Positions 10,924 to 20,900 are shown, numbered from the stretch's first letter. The stretch: 21,586 nucleotides of DNA from Azolla caroliniana (GCA_043228905.1 JBHGNT010000527.1:1-21586), one strand, 5' to 3'. Made by a program: numbers and translations. Notes: generated by a model not told the origin, from the letters alone.

Positions 10924-11916
10924 ATTATCGTCTTCGGAGGTCAAATATGACCTATGAGACCAAAAATATTACATTTCACGTGATACGTGTGAAAGTGAGT
11001 AGTGACTCTCGATGTTCAAGAACTTTACCAATGAATGTTGCAATCGAGAGTGCACATTGTGGTTGTGAGAGGAATTCATGCAAAGATTGGGCTCGATCAA
11101 AGAGATGTGGAAAGCATGGTCGAATATGATCAAAGGCAGAGCATTGTATCAAAGTGTGATACTCAGACTCGCGAACTTGTTTAGGGCAAAGTGTGCATAG
11201 CCGACCACTCTCATCACTTGTACCCCAACGCCCTGTTTCACATCGCAATGCATGTGAGCTAAGTCGCATGGAAGCAATGGTTCGAATGGAAGATAACGGT
11301 ATGGGCTCTAACATGTATGGATGTGTACGATTTCCCCGTTCCGCAAATAATATGGTTTTGTAGTTAGGTGCAACATGTGTAGTATAATGTGTGAAGCGTG
11401 AGCCTCCACATTTGTCCCATGTCATGATACATTGGCGTTGCAAAAATGCCTCATTTATAGAGGAATCTAATGATGCATCATGAAGCAAGTGTCTCGCATC
11501 CCATCTACCAAACCATTTTTCTATATCTTGCATCCAACTGGAACACAAAATTTTGCTTTTATGCGTCTTTTGGATCTTTTTGTTTGCTTCCCACACAATT
11601 CTAGGAAGTCGATGTGAGGGACTTTTTTGAACCTTAAGCATATATTCAACAACCCTTTCCATGGCCATGATCTCAATGGGAAGCGATCCCGTCTCAAGGA
11701 GGAGGGTGTAGGGCGTTTGTTTCTTAACTTGTAGAAACTTGGTAAGAAAATGCTTTTGGACATTTTCAAACTCTTTCCACATAGATTTAGGGATGCTACC
11801 GCCCCATACTTCCACCCCATAGAGAAGAACCGGTGTCACCAAAGTGTTGAAAAGATATTTCTTGAGGACCCAACACTTAATATCTCCAAGATTGCATGTG
11901 TTCTCAAATGCATAGT

Positions 11917-11920
<4 letters not shown>
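10920..11920 (-). mobile_element. 5'-truncated non-LTR retrotransposon 3' end, RTE-X-like (clade inferred)
   Basis: Uninterrupted ~314-codon frame (11920 to stop 10976-10978). Contains RT-thumb PVLLYGVEVWG, HRLPR, and RLSSHALRCETGRW...RLCTLC...ESEYHTLIQC. A ~56-nt 3' UTR follows. (CT)n lies on both sides on the coding strand. The N-terminal ~23 aa of the listed ORF are translated microsatellite. Confidence 0.85.
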
Positions 11921-11951
<31 letters not shown>

Positions 11952-11985
11952 GTGAGTGAGTGAGTGAGTGTGTGTGTGTGTGTGT
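11921..11985. repeat. Compound microsatellite (AG)n-(TGAG)n-(TG)n
   Basis: AG run 11921-11948, TGAG units to ~11968, TG run to ~11985. Confidence 0.97.
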
Positions 11986-12754
11986 TCAAATTTGATGATG
12001 TGGGAGATATGGGGGTTGATATATTTGGTGTGGGATAAAAGATTTTATGGGCTTATTTGAAAACAAGTAGGGGAGTGTGAGAGAGAAAGAGAGAAGAAGG
12101 GTAGAAGAGAAGTGTGTGATGTGGGACTTAGGGAGGGTGAAGTATATTGGTGTGTATCAAAAGATTGTATGGAAATCTTTGAAAACAGGAGGGGGGTATG
12201 AGAGGGAAAGGGTAGGAAGATAAATTGAGAACAATTGGAGGGTAGATTGGAAATTAAAGTGGAGGAGGAAAGGGTAGAGTGAGATTAAGAAGAATGAAAC
12301 GAGGAGGGGTAGGAGAAAATTACTAAAAGTGGGAGGGGTAGAGTGATAATAGGGAAAGAGGTGGGAGAGGTGGGGTGATAATAGGAAAAGAAGAGGGAGG
12401 GGTATGAATGTTATTCTAGAAAAAAGGAAGGGGGAAAGGGGTAGATTGAAATTAGTGAAAGAGAGAGGGGTAGAGTACAATTTAGAAAAGAGGAAGGAAG
12501 GGTAGAACATAAAAAGGTAGAAATCATAGGAGGGTAGAATGAATTTTAGAAAAAGAGGAGTGGAACGAAATTTTAGAAGTCAAGAGGGGAGAGGGGTGAA
12601 ATGACCATTTAGATAAGAAAAAGGGAAGGGTAGGAGGGAAAATAAGGTTTTAAGGGGGAGGGGCATATTGAAATTAGAAGTAGAAGGAGGAAGGGTAGAG
12701 CGAAAAATTGGAAAAGTAAGGGGAGGGGAAGAAGTATAAATGTGAGGGGTAGAA

Positions 12755-13256
12755 TAACAATCGGCAATGGTTCGGTTCGGTTTGAGAGGGTTCAAACTGA
12801 ACCGTTTAATTTTTTTGAAACCTAAACCTAACTGCGAAACCGTTAAACATTTGTCAAACTGTTAAACCATTAAACCGTAAAAACCGCAGTTTCATGGTTC
12901 GGTTTCGGTTTTCAACATGGTTTAAATTTTTTATTTTTTATTTTTTATTTTTTAAAATTGATAATATTTCATTTTTTAGAATTTTTTAGATATTCCTAAA
13001 ATGTGAGAATAAGGTGTAAAAATGAAAAGATTGTTTAAAAACAAATTTTTAAAATTTTTTGAATTTTTTTAATAAAAATTTTTAAAAATAAAAAATAAAA
13101 ACCGTTTAAACCACGGTTTTTGATTGTTGAAACCAAACCGAACCGTTTAAAAAAACCTAAACTTGAACCGAACCAAACCAAACCGTTGAAATCTAAGCCG
13201 TTAAGCCGCAGTTTCATGGTTCGGTTCGGTTCAAACCGAACTGTTGCCGATTTTTA
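12755..13256. mobile_element. Non-autonomous hAT-type DNA transposon (MITE), 502 bp
   Basis: TIRs TAACAATCGGCAA (12755-12767) and TTGCCGATTTTTA (13244-13256), 12/13 match. Flanking 8-mers GGGTAGAA (12747-12754) and GGGTAGAG (13257-13264). Many AACCG/CGGTT subterminal repeats, AT-rich core, no coding capacity. Confidence 0.85.
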
Positions 13257-13416
13257 GGGTAGAGTTAAAAAAAAGTGAAAAAGGAAAAGTAAAAGTGAGG
13301 GGGAAGGGAGGGTATTAGGATAGACTAGAAAAATAGGAAGAAACAAGAAATAAGAAGAGGGGTAGGAGGATGCTAAAATAATTAAAAGTGAGAGATGGAG
13401 TTTAAAATAAGAAAAG

Positions 13417-13890
13417 GTGAGGGGAGGGTATGGTGAGAATTACTTAAAAGTACGAGAGGGGTAGAATTGAAAAATAGGAATCAATAAAAGATGAGGGGAG
13501 GGGTAGGATTAGAAAATACAAAAAAAGAGCATGAGGGGAAGATGCTAAAAATAAAATAAAAGGTGAGGGGTAGAATTGGAAGATAGGAGAAACATAATTA
13601 GGGGAGGATGTTAAAAGTGAAAATGTGAGGGGCAGAGTTAAAAATAAGGAAATGTGAGGGGAGGGTATGGTGAGAATTACTTAAAAGTACGAAAGGGGTA
13701 GAATTGAAAAATAGGAATCAATAAAAGATGAGGGGAGGGGTAGGATTAGAAAATACAAAAAAAGAGCATGAGGGGAAGATGCTAAAAATAAAATAAAAGG
13801 TGAGGGGTAGAATTGGAAGATAGGAGAAACATAAGTAGGGGAGGATGCTAAAAGTGAAAATGTGAGGGGCAGAGTTAAAAATAAGGAAAT
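13417..13890. repeat. 237-bp tandem duplication (two units)
   Basis: 13417-13653 and 13654-13890 differ at three positions by eye; the unit start GTGAGGGG recurs at 13891. Confidence 0.93.
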
Positions 13891-14104
13891 GTGAGGGGGA
13901 GAGTATAGTTAAAATATTGAAAAGGTAGGGAAGCGGTAGAGTTGAAAATAGGTAAGGGTATGATGAGAATTAGGTAAAAATAAAAGAGGGGTAGAGTTAA
14001 TATAGAGAGCGGCTATGGGGGAAGGATATCATGCAAGAGAAAGTGAGTGGGAGGGAGAGTGATGTAAGGTATATTGGTTACCACGGAAGGGTAGAACATG
14101 TGTT

Positions 14105-15355
14105 GACCATGTTCTCGAAGTCGTTTCAGTACTAACAGTACATGAGAATCATGCTCTTCTTGGTTCTTCGAATAAACCAGTAGATCATCCAAATAGATGA
14201 TCAAATAAACATCCAAGAGATCTCGGAATATATCATTTGCCATGTGTTGGAAGACTGTTGGCGCATTAGTGAGGCCGAATGACATGACCGTATACTCGAA
14301 GTGCCCATATTTGGTGCGAAACGCGGTCTTCCATTCGTCTCCTGGTCGGATCCGTACGAGGTTATATGCTTCTCGTAAGTCAATCTTTGTGAAGAACCTT
14401 GCACCATTGATCCGTTCTAAAAGACTTGAGATAAGGGGAAGTGCATACCTATTCCTGATGGTGACCTTATTCAAGCCACGGTAATCTAAGACGAGACGAA
14501 GTGATCCATCCTTTTTCTTGACGAAGAAAATGGGTGCGCCGGCTGGAGATTTCTAATGTCGAATGAAACCATTTGCCAAATTCTCCTCTATATAGGCTCG
14601 AAGGACTTCTAGCTCGGTTGGTGACAAATTGTAGATCGGTTCCCATGGTGGCTCTTTTCCCGGTTATAAATCGATGGGGCAATCATACGGTCAATGGTGA
14701 GGAAGTGTATTGGCTTGTACTTTATCGAACACATCGGCATAATGACGATACTTCTTTGGAAGTTGAACGGTGGACTCCTCTTTAGTAGTGTTGGAGGGTT
14801 TTATTGATACTGCGAAGAGAAACATTTCTTCATTGCGTCCTTCCTCACGCAATTGATGTAGCGAAATGGTTGCAATCTTATGAGTAGATCCTCGGGTTTG
14901 TCGATACCGGATTTCTCTTGTCCTCCAATCTATGTCTAGGTTATGTAATTCGAACCATGGTAATCCCAAACAATGGGATGTTTTGGGATACTAATTATAT
15001 TAAAGGATACTACACATGCTAAATTATCTAGAACAATATTAATGGGCTCTAACTGTTCTATGATATTTCTGAAAGCAATGGGATGACCATCAATGACTAC
15101 TACAAAGGCTGGACACGAGAGTTTTCTTAGGGATATCTGATGAGCTTGGGCCAAATTCCTATCCATGAAGCAAGAATTAGCTCCGGAATGTAGGAGTACT
15201 GAGACATGTACTGCAGAGGTACTTTTAGTAATAATTGTTACTTGGGCTAAGAACACATTGCTAACTTTCTTCGAGGGAATGGAACCACTAATGGGCTGCA
15301 AAGATCTAGGGTTGTCCAACCAAACGGCTCCTATTTTGGCTAGACTTGGTCATTT
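14105..15355 (-). pseudogene. pol: gypsy pol fragment (aspartic protease plus RT), -1 frame relative to gag
   Basis: Protease VLLHSGANSCFM (D to H at the DSG motif), GLPWFELHN, LPKKYRHYADVFDK, then RT up to LKRLREHG. Contains stops and a frameshift near 14970. Confidence 0.9.
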
Positions 15356-15358
15356 AAC
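15307..15358 (-). promoter_or_regulatory. Putative -1 ribosomal frameshift signal (slippery heptamer plus stem-loop/pseudoknot)
   Basis: Minus strand: G TTA AAT phased in the gag frame, 6-nt spacer, then 11-bp stem GTCTAGCCAAA / TTTGGTTGGAC (two G-U pairs). Loop TAGG can pair with downstream CCTA. Confidence 0.7.
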
Positions 15359-17122
15359 TCTTCTTCTAACTGACTAAGGACATCAAATTTGTTCGATTGA
15401 TTTGGACTATTAGTACTATTAGGACTATCAGATATTCCTACTGAAATAGACTTGGGTTTAGTACAATTAGAACTAGCAAGTATTTGGTTTACCTGTCTTC
15501 TTGGCCTATGGGGACAGTTCACTGCAATATGCCCTGGTCCACCGCAATAAAGACATAGTCAATTTGCTCGGCGTCGCTACTTTTCTTCTTCCGATAATGG
15601 TCTACAATGATGTGTAGTGTCAATTTCCATCGGAGTTGGAGTATTCACAGGAGACGCATTATATGACTCCCTTGGAAAAGGTTTTGCTACCACTGAGGCG
15701 TAGGTGGGCTCTGATCTTGCCCTTGGCATCTGGAACTGACATTCCAAACGTCATTCGAAAAGACAATTGTCACATCTCACCGCGCGACTGATTGCTTCTA
15801 TCAATGAGTTCGGTTCTTCAGGGAAGGTCAAGAGTAAATCTTTGACATCGTTACGTAGACCATAACGAAATTGATCCATTAGTGCTTGGTCATCCCAAGG
15901 GATATCGAAGGCGAGTAGGCAGAAATCTACAGCGTATGCGGAGGCTGGACGATCACCTTGACGTAATCATCAGATTTTGTTGATTGCTTTCCTTATGTTG
16001 TCAGTATCTCCAAAACAGGCTTTAAACTCACTTAAAAACTCTTCAAAATTGTTTAGTAAAGGATATTCCTTTTCTAACAATGGAGCGAACCATGCCAAAA
16101 CTGAGCCACTTAACAACGTGCCTACTAAAACCACTCATGATGCATCGGTGGGATATCCGAAAGGATGCATGTGAATGACTAATTGTACCTGATTAAGGAA
16201 TCCTCTAAATTGCGATCGCGTTCCATCGAATTTCATGGGAAGACTGATCTCGGGTTCTTTATGAACCCCTTGCGTATTGGGTCCTTGTTGTAGCATCGCT
16301 ACTATGTGATAGAGAGAGATGATAGAAAGAAAAGATAAAGAAGATATATAAATCTAAAACTACAAAGATCTATTGATCATGAAAGAAGGAAGAGAGAAAG
16401 AAGATACAACTACAAATATCTATTGATATGAATTCAAACAACACTACATGAATTGGAAAGAAATCACTACAAGAAAGAAACTCCCCCACCACCTTACTCT
16501 TCTTGCTTTATATAAAGTTTTCTTCCACTAGATAAGTTTCCCTTGCTTTCTTTTTTATGCTTTTTTTAGAGTTTTTCATCGAGTCCTATTCTTATCTATG
16601 ACACAACAATCTTCAAATCGTCATATCTCCCTCTTCCAAGCTCCAAATTTAGAGCTTTAAAAATCTATGGTTAGCTCTCTTCACAAGATTTCTAATCCAT
16701 ATTTGCAAATTATATGTGGCTTCCAAACGAATGAGTTATGAGCGTTCGTTGTAGACTGTGTTTTGGTGACCCGCTTTTTTCTTCTTTTACTTTTCTCCAT
16801 CTTTCTTGCTTTTAGTTTGCCTTATCCTTGAGACCTTGGTTCGTGTTCTTGCCCTCCGGATGTGAACGCGCCATACCTTATCTTCTTGTAGACTTCAATA
16901 CTTTGAATTCTAAAAACACTTTCACACTATGGTTGATTCGAGCTGTTGCACGCGTAACGCTAGTTCCCCATGTTGTTATTGCGTCTATTGCTTCTCTAAG
17001 GAGATTTGTTGAAGCTCCCCCAATAGTTGTTGATTTTCTTGTTCCAATGCGAGAAACTTCTCTTTCAAGCATTGCAACTTCGAAAAAACGGATTGATATT
17101 CTTGAGCGCTGACAGTGGCCAT
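15340..17122 (-). pseudogene. gag: gypsy gag pseudogene, split by a solo LTR
   Basis: ATG 17122 gives coiled-coil-like MATVSAQEYQSV...VQQLESTI. After removing 16302-16926 it joins in frame to VAMLQQG...EPEISLPMKFDGTRSQFRGFLNQ...LRQG...FRYGL...PMEID...CLYCGGPGHIAVNC (15514-15555). Stop at 15340-15342. Confidence 0.88.
16307..16926 (-). mobile_element. Solo LTR, 620 bp, with 5-bp TSD
   Basis: TG...CA termini (minus strand TGTGAAAG...CTCTATCA). CTATG duplicated at 16302-16306 and 16927-16931. TATA-like CTTTATATAAAG (16506-16517). Removal restores the gag frame. Orientation inferred from TATA position and T-rich downstream sequence. Confidence 0.88.
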
Positions 17123-17295
17123 AGTATGAGAGAAAAGAGGAATAAGAGATTAGTGTGAAGGGAGGGAGAAGTAAGAATATAAAGGAAGAGAAGGAAGGAG
17201 ACAGAAAATCGGTTCGAACTGCCAGGAACAGTACTAAGACAGAGAAGGAATTAGTACTAAAAGATGAGGATTAGTACTAAGGGAGGTGTAGAACA

Positions 17296-17368
17296 AGAGA
17301 GAGAGTGAGTGAGTGAGTGAGTGAGTGAGTGAGTGAGTGAGTGAGTGAGAGAGAGAGAGAGAGAGAGA
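17296..17368. repeat. Compound microsatellite (AG)n-(TGAG)n-(GA)n
   Basis: Direct reading of the repeat units. Confidence 0.97.
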
Positions 17369-17885
17369 ATATGCAAATGCATTTTGCACAAATGGTTGAT
17401 GTCTATCGGTGGATATCATTGTACCCCGCGAACTATTTCTTTTCCAATTTTGTTTGTGTAATGGTAGATTGATTTTACCATTCTTATCAAATCTAAGGTT
17501 GAAAGGTTTTGTCCCTTGATTAGATTGTTGATACAGTGAACCTTGTCACGGTTTTGACCTTCTTCTCAATTGATCATAATTAGGTGCATAAGACATCCCC
17601 ATAGGATCTTTAAAGGAGCTACCCCTCTCTTGGCCATAATGTTCATGAACCTTCTCTTTTTGGTGCCTTGGATGATTGACCTTAGAGGCCACCTTAATCC
17701 AAGACCCATCATCATCTATTAAGTCTTGTCTTCTTTCTTCAATATATCTGTCTTTATGTTCCAAAATAGCGACACCTTTACCTTTGTCAACATTTGGTTC
17801 CTTAGTTTTTGGCATCTCATTGTCCTTTGTGGCATACTCTGGAATTAGCACATCACCATGGGAAGTATTAGTCATCTCTACTACC
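17369..17885 (-). pseudogene. Inverted fragment of LINE ORF1 C-terminus
   Basis: Minus-strand translation gives DKGKGV, SWIKV, RSKP, SNQGTKPFNLRFDKNGK and VQNAFA. These match copy A KGKRV, PWTKV, KSKP, SNQVSRPFNLRFDKNGK and VQNAFA. Confidence 0.9.
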
Positions 17886-17963
17886 GGTTATTTCGGGGAT
17901 ATACCCAACATATTGGCACAACGGGAACGTGAACAGGCCAATAAACATCCTAATTAGTGATTG

Positions 17964-20900
17964 ATGAAAATAGTCACATGGAATGTAAGGGGAATTTGTT
18001 CTTCGTCTAAGCGATATAGTATGTGGAAAACTGTTTTTATTTGTCAATGGGATGTATTATTTGTAGTAGAACATAAGGAGCATGCTAGGTCTGGGTCTTC
18101 TCTTCAGTATAAGCAAAATCGTATGTTTTATGCTGGGGTCACTGGAGGGTTGTATTTAGGCATAATGCTTATTGTAAGGGACAACTTGAAACCAATAGTG
18201 GTTCAAAGAGATGTTCATGGTCGATTCTTGGTGGTTGAAGTTAATTATGAAGGGAATAATATTTGGGTGGTGGCATTTATGCACCAAATGTTGCAAGACA
18301 ACATATCAATCTATGGAGAGCTTTACATCAAGTTTTACGCCATGGAAGAGTAGGTTTTTGTTAGGCGATTTTAACATGTGTTCAAAGGTGGGTCAATCTA
18401 CTTCAATGCATGGCATCATGGATGCTCTTGAACGAGAGGTTTGGGATTTGTTTATGATGGAGGTCTTAAGGTATGATGCATGGACTTGGATTAATGGACA
18501 TGAGGTTGGTTATACTTTTCAATCTGCACAATATAGATCGACTTGGAGTAGATTGGATCGAATCTACATTATGCATGATGAGACATTCTTGCCATCACTT
18601 ATGACTATGCAAGTGTATAGGGGGATTGGATTATCATATCACTTCCCAATTGTGTTGGACTGCACACATCAAACTATGCATGATTTTAGATCGTTATTGG
18701 GAAAACCACCATTGCGGTTTACTTCATCTTTTCTTGGACATAATAACTTTAAACATGCTATGGGACAATTGGTGGAAGAGTTAACTAGACAAGTCAATGT
18801 TCATGATCTTTCATCATGGGATGTTTGTCTCTCTAATATTCAACGCTTTACACGATATTATGGAATTCATCAAGCTTCCATCCGTAAACAAAAGATGAGT
18901 TTAATCCAACAATTTCTAGACAGATGTAATGCATTGTTGGTGAAATGTTCATTTGATGATGTGTTGTTGGATATTCAAGAGGCATTGTCACATGCTTTAC
19001 AACTATTAGAGGTTTGTAGTTATCAACAATCATGGGTGATGGCTATGAAAAGTGAAGTACATGATCACAATTGTCATTCACATAAGTTTTTCCATGGGTT
19101 GCATGCATCTCATGCTAGGATGAATGTGGTATGTGTAGAGATTGATGGAACTTTAAATACAAACCCACAAGTGATTATTGATGAGTGTGTTAAGCATTTC
19201 AAGAATCTTTTTGGGCAAGAAGGTAATCTAAATGATGACATAACACAAGCGAAATCAATGTTCTTTAACTCGGTTACAACGATTGGTGGGCAACATGACA
19301 TGTGGACCATGGAGGAGGATATACAATAGGAGGAGGTCGAATATGTATTGTCACATCTCTCAGTTGATAAAAGCCCGGGTTGGGATGGCATTACGAATGA
19401 GTTTTTTAAAGCATTTGTACAAGAACTCAAAGGTCCTCTAACAATGTTATTCCAAGAAGTGTGGAGTTCTGGTAAAATGCCTGATTCATGGAAAATAGGC
19501 ATGGTTAAGCTTATACCAAAAGTGGCATCTCCTATGTCTTTTGCTCAATGGAGACCGATATCATTAATGGGTGGGTTGTATAAGATTTTTGCCAAAGTAA
19601 TTGCAAATAGACTTCAAAAGGTATTGTCGTCTGTGGTTCATCCAATGCAATATGGGTTTATTAAAGGAAGGGATATCTTGCATAATATTTTGAATGTGCA
19701 AATGGCAGTGGATTATGCAAAAGAATCCAAATGGCAAATTGTAATGATACAACTAGATATCGAGAAGGCATATGATCATGTAAGTTGGTCTTTTATTAAT
19801 CAACTCTTGTCCCATATGGGTTTTGGGGAAAGGATGTCTTGCATCCCCTTGTTGGTGGGATTAGGTGCAGTGTCACACATTATGTTAAATGGTGGAGTAA
19901 CTAAAGCAATACCATTGGCAATATCACTTCGACAAGGATGCCCATTGAGTCCATTGTTATTTGCAAATGCTACACACCCGATTTTGGTGAAGATGCATGA
20001 GTTGGCAACATGTGGGGAAATAGTTGGACTAGCTCTGCCATTAGGAAAACAATTGATAGCACAAGCATTGGCTGATGATTCATTCTTATTTCTCAAAGCG
20101 GTACCTGATAATATAGCAAAAGCCATGGAGGTGTGGAATGTGTTTGCATTGGCATCAGGATTACATATAAATATGTGAAAGTCGATGCTCATTAGATGCA
20201 CTAAGAGTGATTTGGTGGATCTTGGATGGTGTGGCCAAATATTGGATCAAGGCAATGTGTGTCGGCACTTAGGTTACCCTATTGGTGTTGATATCTCAAC
20301 GTCTCAAAGTTTGAATTGGATATCGGGGACCATTTTAGACAAATTTATGTATTGGAAGTCTCAAGCATGGTCATTTAGTACTCGTCTCAAAGTGGTACAA
20401 GGTATAATGATTCCAATGATTTCTTATTTTTTGCCATTATTACCTTGGACAAAGAAATCACTTGATCAATTAGCTTGTTCACTTAAATATGCATTGTGGA
20501 AGAAAGAATCAAGATTGGGTATGAGCTGGGTATCATGGAACAATATTTGTACTCCAAAACGGTTAGGGGGAGTTACATTACTAAATTTGGAGGATCATAT
20601 GGTGGCTCGAAGATTCAATCTGTTGAAAGGTATGTGCATAGGTACCCAACCTTGGGCAGAAATAATTCGTTATTTTGTGGAAAAGGTTGGTATATACCAT
20701 GGGAAAACCAGAATTAGAACATCGTGGTGGCATGTTGTTAATAGTACCCGTGCATTTAAATGTTCAAAATCTATTATGGTCTAGCAATTAGTGCTTTCTT
20801 GGCAGCAATGCTTGGAATTATTTCATTGGAGCCCCCCTGAGTGTATAAAAGATACTAATTCCTTGGCAGCTGAGGTATTGGCATCTTCAAGGCTACTACA

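Larger units (their letters stand above)
12060..14100. repeat. Purine-rich degenerate repeat region with recurring GAGGGGTAGA / GGGTAGAA motif
   Basis: Outside the MITE the plus strand is almost devoid of C and has many GGGTAG(A/G) copies separated by A-rich spacers. Confidence 0.8.
14105..17295 (-). mobile_element. Ty3/gypsy retrotransposon fragment, Tcn1-like chromovirus type (leader, gag, PR, N-terminal RT); truncated in RT, no own LTR visible
   Basis: Order gag-PR-RT. RT motifs [60 protein letters not shown] and YLDD (14184-14195). Lineage is assigned by motif recognition, not by phylogeny. Confidence 0.9.

Noticed and set aside
12157-13217. F/L/P/S-rich minus-strand ORFs resembling membrane proteins
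   Set aside because: Compositional artefacts of the pyrimidine-rich strand and of the MITE.
12755-13890. CRISPR-like or iteron-like array
   Set aside because: No constant repeat with unique spacers; explained by MITE subterminal repeats and a tandem duplication in a eukaryotic context.
14093-14115. 8-bp inverted repeat AGAACATG / CATGTTCT and TGTTGA at the gypsy RT breakpoint
   Set aside because: Could reflect template switching or an LTR end, but it is short, GGTAGAACAT also occurs at ~12501, and no partner end or TSD was found.
16828-17112. Listed ORFs 16828-17112 (+) and 16878-17072 (-)
   Set aside because: They cross the LTR/gag junction; the real frame is the stop-interrupted gag frame from ATG 17122.
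16300-17126. TACTATG / CATAGTA as CACTA-like TIRs
   Set aside because: Only 7 bp with no TSD; the interval is fully explained by the gag N-terminus plus the solo LTR.
17209-17225. GGTTCGAA as tRNA/SINE B-box, or TGGCAGTTCGAACCG as PBS
   Set aside because: No A-box or cloverleaf, no adjacent LTR CA end, and no tRNA 3' end match that I can identify.
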